Positions 1-9,371 of a stretch of 56,658 nucleotides of DNA are shown here, piece by piece. Numbering within the stretch: the stretch's first letter is position 1; every line of letters starts with the position of its first letter. A program made the position numbers and the translations under genes. The stretch is taken from the IMG/VR virus record IMGVR_UViG_3300035565_000019, positions 1 to 56,658 of that record; one strand, given 5' to 3'. Below the pieces are notes generated by a model. That model searched no databases. It had not been told where the DNA came from and saw only the letters and a program-made list of their open reading frames with translations. The DNA is from a virus (taxonomy: Duplodnaviria > Caudoviricetes).

Positions 1-123
1 ACGAAGCCAATGAAGTTGTCAACCAGCGCATCGACAACGTGAAGTTCGTACTGAACAAAAAGTGGTTTATCAAGCGCGGCAAAGATGTGGATATTCAAGG
101 TTTGGTGCGCAACGTACCAGGTG
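1..123. repeat. Terminal direct repeat (circular assembly overlap), copy 1
   Basis: Bases 1-123 are identical to 56536-56658; the portal reading frame continues across the join. Confidence 0.95.
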
Positions 124-1013
124 GCGTGGTGTCGATGGATGATCCGGCTAATGATGTACGCGAAATTAGTTGGCCAGACGTCACACAGTCCGCATACGAA
201 GAACAGACGCGCATTGATAACGACTTGTCTGAGCTGCTCGGCAACTTCAGCCCTGCCCAGGTAATGGCAGACCATGGAATAAATGGACCGGCAAGGAACA
301 TGGCGATGCTGTCACAGTCTGCAGGTACGCTTGTTGAATATCTATTGCGTACATATGTAGAGACATTTGTGCAGCCTGTCTTGCGCCAGATTGTTATGCT
401 GGAACAAGAATACGAAACAGACCAGGTTATTTTGGCGCTTGCTGCAAAGAAGTCAAAGACCTTCCAGCGTTTCCACATGGACCAATTGACAGACCAGTTG
501 CTCAACCAGGAATTGACGTTGAATGTCAATGTTGGAATGGGCGCGACAGACCCTGGCACCAAGTTGCAGAAGTTCATGACAGGCGTCACATCATATGCGC
601 AGATTGTCAAACTTGCTCCGCCAGGACTTAATATGCAGGAAGTAGGCAAGGAAGTCTTCGGGCATCTTGGATACTCGGATGGCTCGAGGTTCTTCACCGA
701 TGATAATCCTGCCGTTGCCGCGCTCAAGGCGCAGATCGAGACCATGCATAAAGAAATGGGAGAGCTTGACAAGAAGGCCAAAGATAAGATGGCTGGCCAT
801 CAGACCAAGATCGCAGTCACACAAGACACTAACCAGACCAAGTTGCAGATTGCCCACTTGCACGAAGAGAACCAGAATCTCCGTGACTCCGTCATACATA
901 TGAGGGCTTTGGTAGAGGCACAGCAGAGCCAGACGCATGAAATGAAGACAATGGGCCTGCAGCATGCTCATGAAAGATCAATGCCGCAAAAAACGATGGG
1001 AGAAGCTAAGTGA
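1..1013 (+). CDS. Portal protein, C-terminal part (continues from 55224 across the circular join)
   Basis: Frame ...DEANEVVNQRIDNVKFVLNKKW is continuous with the ORF starting at 55224; P22/N4-like portal character, coiled-coil C-terminus, upstream of scaffold and capsid. Confidence 0.85.
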   Translation, partial: EANEVVNQRIDNVKFVLNKKWFIKRGKDVDIQGLVRNVPGGVVSMDDPANDVREISWPDVTQSAYEEQTRIDNDLSELLGNFSPAQVMADHGINGPARNMAMLSQSAGTLVEYLLRTYVETFVQPVLRQIVMLEQEYETDQVILALAAKKSKTFQRFHMDQLTDQLLNQELTLNVNVGMGATDPGTKLQKFMTGVTSYAQIVKLAPPGLNMQEVGKEVFGHLGYSDGSRFFTDDNPAVAALKAQIETMHKEMGELDKKAKDKMAGHQTKIAVTQDTNQTKLQIAHLHEENQNLRDSVIHMRALVEAQQSQTHEMKTMGLQHAHERSMPQKTMGEAK

Positions 1014-1294
1014 GTAAGGTAACTGAAGAAAACGAGGCTTTGTATCGCAAGGCTGCTTTTGGCAAGATAATAGAAGACTTTCAAAGCTCAGATATTGGGA
1101 TCTACTTGATAAGGCGCGCAGAATCAGAGGCGGAACAAGCAATAGAAAAACTAAAAACTTGTGACCCTAAAGATGGAAAAGTGGTACAATCGCTTCAAAA
1201 TGAGGTGTGGAAAGCAGAATCCTTTCAGAAATGGTTGGCCGACGCTATTTTGGACGGGCTTCAAGCCCATAACATGATCGATAACGAGGAGTAA
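1010..1294 (+). CDS. Small head-module protein between portal and scaffold
   Basis: 94 aa ORF overlapping the portal stop (GTGA); helical. Confidence 0.6.
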   Translation: MSKVTEENEALYRKAAFGKIIEDFQSSDIGIYLIRRAESEAEQAIEKLKTCDPKDGKVVQSLQNEVWKAESFQKWLADAILDGLQAHNMIDNEE

Positions 1295-1299
1295 ATATT

Positions 1300-2349
1300 A
1301 TGCTTATAGCTAAATTTAAATTGCTAGGAATGAAATATCGTGCTGAAGATGATGGCGATTCTAGCGCTGGCAGCGGCGCTATAGGCACTGGCAATGATTC
1401 TCGTCTTACTTTGCTGGCGCAGATCAATGATGCAAATGATGCAGCCGCCGCAGAAGGCGGTGATTTATATGATGTGAAGGATGATGGTACTACTGAAGCC
1501 TTTGTCGTGCAGAAAGCAGATGGCACCAAAGAAGCACTGACAGATGAAGCCAAGCATGAACAGATAGTTGACCATGATGCAGACAAGATTGCGGCAGACG
1601 CTTTAGAAGAAACAATAAAAGAAGAAATTGCAGCATCACCAACAATCAAACACAAAATTAAAGTCAATGGTGTAGAACAAGAACTCACCTTTGATGAACT
1701 TGTAACACGTGCACAAAAAGTTTCGTCGGCCGATCAATATTTGGCAGAAGCAGCACGGTTACGCAATGAAGCAGCAACACAAGCGAAGCCACCCATAGCG
1801 GACGCTTCAAAGCAAGACAGCAATGAAGAATTGCTAGCCACTGCCCGGGCGATACAAATGGGCAGCGAAGAAGAAGCGGTAGCAGCACTGCAGAAAATAA
1901 TCAATAAAGGTCCATCCCAGGACGACCTTGCCAAGACTATTGACGAGCGGCTAACCTTCAATGAGGCAATTGCAAAGTTCCGATCAGACTTTAAAGATTT
2001 GGTCAGCGACCCACACCTGCACAAGATGGTATTGGACAGGGATGCAGAGCTGATCCGGCAAGGTGATCGTCGCCCTTATGACGAGCGCTATACTGCCGTA
2101 GGCACAGAAGTCCGTAACTGGGTGGCGAAGTTCAAGCCAGCCGTTGCTGACACTAAACCTGATCCTAAACCTGTCGTCGACAAAGCAGCTCGTAAAGCAG
2201 CAGCGGAAGGCGTACCCAAAGCAGCGGGCGGCAAAGTTCCGAATGTTGTAGATGAAGATAAAGAAGAGTCTAGCTCGGATGTTATAGCCAATATGGCTGC
2301 TTCCCGCGGCGGTCCTCAATGGATGCGTAGAGAGAAGCTATCAGCATAG
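1300..2349 (+). CDS. Capsid scaffolding protein
   Basis: Acidic, Ala/Lys-rich; KIKVNGVEQELTFDEL motif typical of podoviral scaffolds; directly upstream of the capsid gene. Confidence 0.75.
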   Translation: MLIAKFKLLGMKYRAEDDGDSSAGSGAIGTGNDSRLTLLAQINDANDAAAAEGGDLYDVKDDGTTEAFVVQKADGTKEALTDEAKHEQIVDHDADKIAADALEETIKEEIAASPTIKHKIKVNGVEQELTFDELVTRAQKVSSADQYLAEAARLRNEAATQAKPPIADASKQDSNEELLATARAIQMGSEEEAVAALQKIINKGPSQDDLAKTIDERLTFNEAIAKFRSDFKDLVSDPHLHKMVLDRDAELIRQGDRRPYDERYTAVGTEVRNWVAKFKPAVADTKPDPKPVVDKAARKAAAEGVPKAAGGKVPNVVDEDKEESSSDVIANMAASRGGPQWMRREKLSA

Positions 2350-2393
2350 CACCGACTAGGTTGAGTCGTTAAAATCAATCAAGGAGAATTAAA

Positions 2394-3383
2394 ATGGCAG
2401 GTCAAGTGTGGGCAGTAAACAGTTTGGGCGGCTTTATGTATTCCCGCCAACTGTCAAACGTTTTGCGTATGGCGGTTCAACCGCTGGTGAAGTTTCGCCA
2501 GTTCTGCGACGTCCGCGACGCATCACAACAAGGTAAGAAAAAAGGCGACATCTTTACATGGGACGTCTTTTCTGACGTTGCGACTGCTGGCGGTGTGTTG
2601 ACTGAAACAAACACTATGCCAGAAAGCAACTTCACCATCGTTCAAGGTACTTTGACTATCACCGAGGCCGGCAATAGCGTGCCTTACTCTGGTAAACTGG
2701 ACAACCTATCCAAGTTCCCAGTGATGGAACTGGTACAGAAAGTCCTGAAGAACGATGCTGTGAAGACCTTCGACCGTTTGGCATGGGCGCAATTCAACAG
2801 CACCTTGCTTCGTGCAATTCCAGTAGCCGGCACTGATACTGCTGCGATCACGCTGTATACCAACGGCACCATCACAGGCACCAACACCATCGCCTATGGC
2901 AATGCGCACGCCAAATCGATTGTTGACCTGATGAAGGAACGTAATATTCCAGCATATCTGGGTGATGACTACTATGCTCTGGCATGGCCTACAACTCTGC
3001 GCACCCTCAAGAACAACTTGGAAACTATCCACCAGTATTCGGATACAGGCTTCAAGCTCATCATGAACGGCGAGATCGGTCGTTACGAAAATACCCGTTA
3101 CGTCGAGCAGACCAACATTGCCAAAGGCATAGGTACTACTGGTATTGCCACGGCAGCAGGCGGTGACATGGTTGGCTGGTCACAGGCCAAGTCTGACTGG
3201 ATTTTCTTCATGGGTAATGACACGGTGGCGGAAGCTATTGCGGTGCCTGAAGAGATGCGCGGTAAGATTCCGACTGATTTCGGCCGTAGCAAAGGTGTGG
3301 CGTGGTACTACTTGGGTGGCTTCGGAATTGTCCATACTTTGGCATCCAACGCTCGTATCGTCAAGTGGGATAGCTTGGCATAA
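2394..3383 (+). CDS. Major capsid protein (N4-gp56-like family)
   Basis: 329 aa, strong RBS AAGGAG, GEIGRYENTRYVE and DFGRSKGVAWY motifs, position after scaffold. Confidence 0.85.
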   Translation: MAGQVWAVNSLGGFMYSRQLSNVLRMAVQPLVKFRQFCDVRDASQQGKKKGDIFTWDVFSDVATAGGVLTETNTMPESNFTIVQGTLTITEAGNSVPYSGKLDNLSKFPVMELVQKVLKNDAVKTFDRLAWAQFNSTLLRAIPVAGTDTAAITLYTNGTITGTNTIAYGNAHAKSIVDLMKERNIPAYLGDDYYALAWPTTLRTLKNNLETIHQYSDTGFKLIMNGEIGRYENTRYVEQTNIAKGIGTTGIATAAGGDMVGWSQAKSDWIFFMGNDTVAEAIAVPEEMRGKIPTDFGRSKGVAWYYLGGFGIVHTLASNARIVKWDSLA

Positions 3384-3399
3384 AGTAACTCCAAACCAG

Positions 3400-3425
3400 G
3401 GCCAAGAGACCTTCTCCTCTTGGCC
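3400..3425 (+). terminator. Stem-loop downstream of the capsid gene
   Basis: GGCCAAGAG-N8-CTCTTGGCC; no U-tract, so it may be a stabiliser or processing hairpin. Confidence 0.4.
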
Positions 3426-3474
3426 GGTTACTGGATACAATGCCTGAGAGGTAGGCATAATAAGGAGATTCAAA

Positions 3475-4038
3475 ATGACTACAAAAAGTATGGGCTACGA
3501 TCATCCAGCTTACCAAGCTCGGCTGACACATGCCTTCCCCGCCCTTGCTGCTGGCGCTTCTGGTGCTACAAGTAAGTTTGTGGCGTTTACCGCGTTGACT
3601 GTATTCGCCTTGACAGCGAGTGCCGTTGCCACTGGCAGCTCTACGTATAACTTGTGGAACGGCTCGACGACTCAAACCGGTGTTGGCTGTGATACGGTGC
3701 AACTGATCCGTATCATGAACAACGCTGCATTGGGTGCTGCGCCGTCGCTGTCTACTGCAACATATGGCCCATTCTGCGTAAACAACACTGCATTGGGCGC
3801 TACTGGTATCACTACTGGTACTGTGACCAATTCGTCTGCGCCAGGATATACGAACTATATCCAGTTGTATGGCACAGGCACTACAGGCCAGCTGCAAGTC
3901 GGTAGCAACACGGCAAACGGCGGTATCCAAGTCAACCAAGGTGACCAGCTTTACATCTTGCGCGGCACTGATGCAACGGCAATCACTGGAGTGTCGCTGG
4001 AATACAGCATCACGCCTCTGGCCAACGTGTCTTACTAA
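3475..4038 (+). CDS. Putative capsid decoration/minor structural protein
   Basis: Thr/Gly/Ala-rich, beta-type composition, strong RBS, follows the capsid gene. Confidence 0.55.
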   Translation: MTTKSMGYDHPAYQARLTHAFPALAAGASGATSKFVAFTALTVFALTASAVATGSSTYNLWNGSTTQTGVGCDTVQLIRIMNNAALGAAPSLSTATYGPFCVNNTALGATGITTGTVTNSSAPGYTNYIQLYGTGTTGQLQVGSNTANGGIQVNQGDQLYILRGTDATAITGVSLEYSITPLANVSY

Positions 4039-4049
4039 GGAGAATTAAA

Positions 4050-4427
4050 ATGAATGTAAAACCAAACTTGCCTTCGGGCAAAGGCCAAGTAGATAAAGGC
4101 CAAATGGCAGAAACCACCAAATTTGCCAAAGCATTTGAGCCTGTCGATGGTGGCATTGATGGTATGGGCGGCGTAGTAAATGATATTGGCGAAAAGTCTG
4201 GGTTTCAGGCTAGCACTGATGACTACATCGTTAAAAAAGGAATGGTGTATGGTGAGGCTGCAAAGTTGAACATCATGCCTCCAGGCATGGACATTAACGA
4301 CCAGCCATACCGCGACATTCGCGACATGCCTCTCAGATTGTATTCGAGTGGAATGAGCTTTCCTAACGATGGCTGGAATGCTGGCGATGTCTCAGAAGGT
4401 TACCCTTCCAAGGGCAGCCTAGCGTAG
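4050..4427 (+). CDS. Hypothetical head-module protein
   Basis: RBS AAGGAG, 125 aa ORF. Confidence 0.6.
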   Translation: MNVKPNLPSGKGQVDKGQMAETTKFAKAFEPVDGGIDGMGGVVNDIGEKSGFQASTDDYIVKKGMVYGEAAKLNIMPPGMDINDQPYRDIRDMPLRLYSSGMSFPNDGWNAGDVSEGYPSKGSLA

Positions 4428-4437
4428 TAAAAACTCG

Positions 4438-4459
4438 GAAGGCGGCTTCGGTCGCCTTC
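4438..4459 (+). terminator. C(UUCG)G tetraloop hairpin after the capsid transcription block
   Basis: GAAGGCGGC-TTCG-GTCGCCTTC, 9-bp stem; poor U-tract. Confidence 0.55.
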
Positions 4460-4486
4460 TCCTAATTCTTGAAAGGAAGGTGATCC

Positions 4487-5008
4487 GTGGTCTTGCTTGA
4501 AACTATTGTTGGGCGCGATCATATCGCAGATATGTGCGGGATTGCGGCTGGCCTTCCAGAAGGTTGTTTTGTAGAGGTTGGCGTTTATAAAGGCGGCTGT
4601 GCCCAACAATTCGAGTTTCTTGCAGTGCAGCAAGGACGCAAGATGTTTGCGTACGATACATTTACCGGTATACCGTATCGCTGTGATAAAGACTCTCACA
4701 AGGTAGGGGATTTTAACGATACGTCTTACGAGGCAGTAAAGGCCGGGCTGCCCAATACGACAGTAGTGCAGGGTGTCTTTCCTGCCAGCGCTGTTGAAAT
4801 GCCGCCGATCGCATTCGTGCATCTTGACTGCGACCAATACCAGTCTATCAAAGATTCAGTAGAATATTTGAAAGATAAAATGGTAGAAGGCGGCGTGATG
4901 ATATTTGATGATTATGGCTGCTTGCCTGGTGCAACAGAAGCAGTAGATGAATTGTTTGGCGATAAGGTACAGCGCACCAAGCACAGCAAGGCAATAGTAA
5001 CCTTTTAA
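4487..5008 (+). CDS. TylF/MycF-family (macrocin O-methyltransferase-like) SAM-dependent methyltransferase
   Basis: VEVGVYKGG, YDTFTG, VHLDCDQYQS and IFDDYG motifs. Confidence 0.85.
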   Translation: MVLLETIVGRDHIADMCGIAAGLPEGCFVEVGVYKGGCAQQFEFLAVQQGRKMFAYDTFTGIPYRCDKDSHKVGDFNDTSYEAVKAGLPNTTVVQGVFPASAVEMPPIAFVHLDCDQYQSIKDSVEYLKDKMVEGGVMIFDDYGCLPGATEAVDELFGDKVQRTKHSKAIVTF

Positions 5009-5018
5009 GGAGAAGAAA

Positions 5019-5387
5019 ATGTCATTAGCTGAAAAGTTTCAAATAACGACACCGTATATTGACGAGGGCAAGCCTGATGAAAAGTGGGTCACTCCAACAC
5101 ATCATCATGATGGCGTACCGCAAAGAGATGATAAATTTAATGTTTTGCCCATCGGCTACGAAGCCACAAGTGAACGCGATAAATTTGTCCATGGATTCGG
5201 CGGCAATACTGATGTCTCTGGCGGGCTTGAACCTGAAGTGTTCGTCAAAGGATTCAAGCGTCGCGATATGAAGGCTACTGACGACCAGTATGGTGGCGAG
5301 CATATCGATTTGTTCTATGGCGAAGCAGTAGACGAAAAGGGGCAAGTTGGTTTTGCTGAACGGAACAATTACCTCGACCGGTTATAA
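5019..5387 (+). CDS. Hypothetical protein
   Basis: RBS AAGGAG, 122 aa. Confidence 0.6.
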   Translation: MSLAEKFQITTPYIDEGKPDEKWVTPTHHHDGVPQRDDKFNVLPIGYEATSERDKFVHGFGGNTDVSGGLEPEVFVKGFKRRDMKATDDQYGGEHIDLFYGEAVDEKGQVGFAERNNYLDRL

Positions 5388-5390
5388 GCC

Positions 5391-5843
5391 ATGTCTCTGC
5401 CACAATCAGCCTATATTCATAAGACACAGCTGACAGATAATGACGGCTTTCAGTCTGAGAATGTAAATAAGGTCGCAGTTTATTACTGGGACTCTATAGG
5501 TCTTGCCTGGGTAAAAGGAACTCAGGCAAGCGGAGGAGGCGGAGGTGGTGCTGTAACAATTGCGGATGGCGCTGATGTGGCGCAAGGATCTACTGCTGAC
5601 GCAGCAATAATTGGAGATATTGCAGGCACGTTGTCTGCTAAGTTACGCGGTATCAATGCAACACTGCAAAAAATACCAGGACTTGCGTTGCCTATTTACG
5701 ATTATGTTTTACAAACACAAAGCGCAACGCAAGATGTTTGGGTGTTTAAGACAGGTGGCGGGGCAGGCACTACAGTAGCAACTGTAACGATCAATTACAC
5801 AGACAGCACAAAAGCAGTAATAACTAACGTGGCTAAAACTTAA
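5391..5843 (+). CDS. Putative virion structural/fibre-associated protein
   Basis: Gly-rich linker, VTIADGADVAQG and TVATVTINYTD segments typical of phage structural proteins. Confidence 0.55.
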   Translation: MSLPQSAYIHKTQLTDNDGFQSENVNKVAVYYWDSIGLAWVKGTQASGGGGGGAVTIADGADVAQGSTADAAIIGDIAGTLSAKLRGINATLQKIPGLALPIYDYVLQTQSATQDVWVFKTGGGAGTTVATVTINYTDSTKAVITNVAKT

Positions 5844-5844
5844 A

Positions 5845-6882
5845 ATGCCGTATACTTTTAACCCATTAACAGGGCAATTTGATTACTACCAGACCGCCAC
5901 TGGAGCGACAGGCCCGCAGGGGCCGGCAGGCCCGATGACATTCGGGCGTGACGGGGATGACGGAGAAGATGGTCTGTCTATAGTAGGGGCACCTGGCGCT
6001 CCGGCTACTCCGGGTAATGCTGCCTATGGCGAAATGGTGATTATCAACAATGCCACAGGGTTGGCAATGACCTTGCAAAACACCGCATATCAAGTGGTTG
6101 CAGGTTGGCAGGTTGATGACACGAATGGATTTACGTTCGCTGGGAGTGCTTTGACCACACAGACAGCGGGAGCGTTCTTCACAACTTGCTCGGTATCTGT
6201 CCAGAGTACATCATCGAATCAGGTTTATAACTTCCAGGTTTTTCGTAATGGGGTTGCAATTCCGGCCCACAATGCCTTATTAAAATTAACTAATAGTGCA
6301 GATATAAATTCAATAACAGTTGTCGGTACTATAGATGGAGTAAACAAGAATGACGTATTTACTCTGTGGGCAACTAATCAGACAAGTGCAGGTCAGACAC
6401 TTACGGTTTCTTATGCGAACTTTTCCATCACCGCGATACAAGGCTCGACAGGACAGCAAGGAATAGCGGGATTTGGCTTTGATGGTGAGCCGGGAGAAGA
6501 TGGATTCTCTATTGCTGGGGCACAGGGTGTTGCTGGAACCAACGGAACAATAGGCCGTGACGGATTGACGGTTATTGGTCAGGATGGGGTTGACGGGGAA
6601 GATTCATTCGCTTTCTCTATGCCTTTATACCCAGCGACTACTGTGGTAACTGGAACCACAGCTAGCCAAACTCCCGCTGTTGGAGTATCTTTGAATTATG
6701 CAAGGGAAGACCACACTCACGGTACTCCGGCAGCGGGAGCAGGAAGCAACTGGACGACTGTCAAGAACAGTGTTGGTGGGGCTGAGACTTTAACAATAGG
6801 TTCTGGATTTCAGTTTCTTTGTTGGAATAACTTTGTTAATAACAACATAATTAATAATAGTGGGGATATGGTGATTTTATGA
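5845..6882 (+). CDS. Collagen-like fibre protein with a central beta-sandwich domain
   Basis: Several short Gly-X-Y runs (GATGPQGPAGP, GRDGDDGEDG, GAQGVAGTNGTIGRDG); N-terminal FNPLTGQFD motif. Confidence 0.7.
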   Translation: MPYTFNPLTGQFDYYQTATGATGPQGPAGPMTFGRDGDDGEDGLSIVGAPGAPATPGNAAYGEMVIINNATGLAMTLQNTAYQVVAGWQVDDTNGFTFAGSALTTQTAGAFFTTCSVSVQSTSSNQVYNFQVFRNGVAIPAHNALLKLTNSADINSITVVGTIDGVNKNDVFTLWATNQTSAGQTLTVSYANFSITAIQGSTGQQGIAGFGFDGEPGEDGFSIAGAQGVAGTNGTIGRDGLTVIGQDGVDGEDSFAFSMPLYPATTVVTGTTASQTPAVGVSLNYAREDHTHGTPAAGAGSNWTTVKNSVGGAETLTIGSGFQFLCWNNFVNNNIINNSGDMVIL

Positions 6883-7070
6883 GTACCTACACTGCAACAG
6901 AGCAAGCTACTCCGGCAACACCCTCTGCCGGACAACAAACAGTTTATCCCAAAGTAGGAGGTCAATATGTTATAGATTCTGGTGGGCTGGAGAAGCAAAT
7001 AGTAGCAGGTCAAGGTTCTCCAAGTGGACCACTGATGCAATATCTTTATATTCAATTCGGGGGCATGTAA
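6879..7070 (+). CDS. Small structural-module protein
   Basis: ATGA overlap with the upstream gene. Confidence 0.5.
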   Translation: MSTYTATEQATPATPSAGQQTVYPKVGGQYVIDSGGLEKQIVAGQGSPSGPLMQYLYIQFGGM

Positions 7071-7073
7071 AAC

Positions 7074-7472
7074 ATGGCAAATAATTACGCAGCACCAATG
7101 GTTCAGACTCCGGTTATCGGAGTTGCCTCAGTTACGACGGCCCTAACAACAAGAACAAACATTACAGGCACTACAGGGCTTGTACAGCTTACTGTCTTAA
7201 ACGCCACCCAACCAACCAAGGTTGATGCAATTGACGTGCAAGGTACTGCAACAGGGGCGGCTTGCCTTGTCTGGATATGGCTATACAACGGAACTACGTC
7301 ATATCTCTGGAATGAAATTGTGATGAATGGAGCAACAGGTTCTACTACAGTCGCGGGCGATAATAAGACATTGCCGTTATATAACTTTATTGTTCCTGCA
7401 GGATGGCAACTTTATGCCAGTGCAACAGTAACGCAAAACATGAACGTATATGCTCGTGGAGGCCAGTTCTAA
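7074..7472 (+). CDS. Putative virion beta-sandwich protein
   Basis: Thr-rich 132 aa ORF in the structural operon. Confidence 0.55.
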   Translation: MANNYAAPMVQTPVIGVASVTTALTTRTNITGTTGLVQLTVLNATQPTKVDAIDVQGTATGAACLVWIWLYNGTTSYLWNEIVMNGATGSTTVAGDNKTLPLYNFIVPAGWQLYASATVTQNMNVYARGGQF

Positions 7473-7473
7473 A

Positions 7474-8322
7474 ATGGCTAGTTTTGACGGACAACCTGCC
7501 CTTCAAAAAATTATGCGGATGATGGGCAAGTCTGGTGATATTGACATCATCAGTCAAGACCCTTCTCCGTTTACGTTCGGTTCTTTTAGCTTACTTACAT
7601 ACAGTAATAATGCTAATAATATTTGGGTTATTGCCGGTAACCAACCTGTTATGGGTTATTGGAAGCATAACTTTGATTTTGATACTCTAGGTAACGTACA
7701 AGGAAGAAATGAAGCAGATGCTTGTTCGTTGTGGTTGCTAGGCGAAGATAATACGATGCGGTACTTCGGAGCACCTACAGGTCCGAGATTTTCAACACCA
7801 ACATTCACTTTATACAAGACATTTAATTTATTGACAGGTGCCGAAACTTATGTTGGACCAGTCATACCGAGCCAGACAGTAGGTATTACAGGTACGACGA
7901 CAAATAACTCAGCGCAGGCTGGCGCGATTGGCGAAGTCATCTCAGCTACCATTGCAACTCCTGGAACTTCTCTTACTACAGCAACTCCAGCTAACGTAAT
8001 CACTACTCCATTCTTGGCTTTGACAGCAGGTGATTGGGATGTGTGGGGTGAGATATGTTTCTTGCCAGCAGCAACGACAAGCATTACGCAACTGGCTTTT
8101 GGTCTTAACTCTGTATCTGCAACGCTCCCAGCAGCTAACTCAGGGTTGGTACAAAACACTTTCACAGCATTTGTTCCTACCGCCATTCCTCAATGTGATA
8201 ATGTAACAGCGCGCAGAGTTTCCTTATCTGGAGCAACGACATATTATTTAGTAGCGCAAGCAGCATTTACAGTAAGCACCCTATCGGCATTTGGTACACT
8301 TTACGCAAGACGCAGACGTTAA
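7474..8322 (+). CDS. Putative tail fibre/virion protein
   Basis: GTTTNNSAQAGAIGE, LTAGDWDVWG and terminal ARRRR motifs seen at the C-termini of phage fibres. Confidence 0.6.
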   Translation: MASFDGQPALQKIMRMMGKSGDIDIISQDPSPFTFGSFSLLTYSNNANNIWVIAGNQPVMGYWKHNFDFDTLGNVQGRNEADACSLWLLGEDNTMRYFGAPTGPRFSTPTFTLYKTFNLLTGAETYVGPVIPSQTVGITGTTTNNSAQAGAIGEVISATIATPGTSLTTATPANVITTPFLALTAGDWDVWGEICFLPAATTSITQLAFGLNSVSATLPAANSGLVQNTFTAFVPTAIPQCDNVTARRVSLSGATTYYLVAQAAFTVSTLSAFGTLYARRRR

Positions 8323-8337
8323 TTAAAGGAGAAAAAG

Positions 8338-8745
8338 ATGGCATCAAATAAAGCAATACGCATAGGCCCGATTCAGTTGGGCACGACAACTACTACCAAC
8401 CTGTTCAATCCGCCTACGCTGACCGGCGGCGTGAATCCGCCCGCATTGAGCACGGCATCGTATGTCATCATCAGGCATATCCGAGTGACGAACAATACGG
8501 CTGGGGCATTGCAGTTTGCCACTTGGCTCGGAACAACGGGCACGAATGCAACGGCAGCGGCATTTGCGTTCCCCGGTATCGCGTCGGCAGGCACGCTGAC
8601 GAACGGTGTGTCTGTGGCGGCCAACTCGTATGTCGATTGGTATGGCGCGGTTCGCATGGATACGGCGGATTTCTTGGTTGGGGGTGCATTAACTTCTGCT
8701 ACCGGACTGACTCTGGAAATGGAAGGCGAGATTGGCGTAGCATAA
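8338..8745 (+). CDS. Putative virion beta-sandwich protein
   Basis: RBS AAGGAG; Thr/Ala-rich; IRHIRVTN and SVAANSYVDW segments. Confidence 0.55.
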   Translation: MASNKAIRIGPIQLGTTTTTNLFNPPTLTGGVNPPALSTASYVIIRHIRVTNNTAGALQFATWLGTTGTNATAAAFAFPGIASAGTLTNGVSVAANSYVDWYGAVRMDTADFLVGGALTSATGLTLEMEGEIGVA

Positions 8746-8756
8746 CAGGAGGCAGT

Positions 8757-8993
8757 ATGAAAGAATCAATAGTACAATCTAGGCATTGGGATAATCCTGA
8801 AATAAAAGTCAGGATTGACCAAAAAGGAATCGAAGTAGAAATCTCACTGGAAGATTTTTGCAAAGCAGTAGTTGCAGAGATACCACATCCAGCGTTTACA
8901 TTTACTCGTAAGAGTCTTGAAACGGATATTCTCGGAGCATTAGAGATTGTTCTTAACAAGACAAAAGAAGCGACCAACCACGCAGTACATTAA
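8757..8993 (+). CDS. Hypothetical protein
   Basis: RBS AGGAGG before ATG 8757; 3' part of the listed 8523-8993 ORF. Confidence 0.55.
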   Translation: MKESIVQSRHWDNPEIKVRIDQKGIEVEISLEDFCKAVVAEIPHPAFTFTRKSLETDILGALEIVLNKTKEATNHAVH

Positions 8994-9005
8994 AGGAGTT
9001 TTGCT

Positions 9006-9371
9006 ATGCAAACCAAGTTTGACCCTACAAAAAATCATGGCGTTATTTATAATCATCCCGCTGCTATGTTCGAACAAAACGGCATTTTATATGACGGTGT
9101 TGGCGAGCCTATTGAGCAAGCCAAGCCAAAGTCTACGACGCCTTACAAGCAGCCAGTGGCCAAAACTAAAATTGCTAAAAACGTAACGCCTGAAGATTTT
9201 CTAAGTGACATTCTTGATGGCGGGCCTGTAACCCAGGCCAATGTGAAAAAAGAATCCGAACTGCGCAAGCTAGATTGGTCTGACATACAAATGGCAGCCA
9301 TTACAATGAACATTGAAAAGTTCAAGAAAGGCTCGACTAATATGTGGAAGTTGGCAGAGGAGCAAGCATAA
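9006..9371 (+). CDS. Hypothetical protein, possible C-terminal winged-helix-like domain
   Basis: RBS AAGGAG; C-terminal FLSDILDGGPV...WKL pattern. Confidence 0.5.
   Translation: MQTKFDPTKNHGVIYNHPAAMFEQNGILYDGVGEPIEQAKPKSTTPYKQPVAKTKIAKNVTPEDFLSDILDGGPVTQANVKKESELRKLDWSDIQMAAITMNIEKFKKGSTNMWKLAEEQA

Noticed and set aside
1-123. Biological terminal repeat of the virion DNA
   Set aside because: It falls mid-portal gene and is best explained as assembler overlap of a circular or permuted contig
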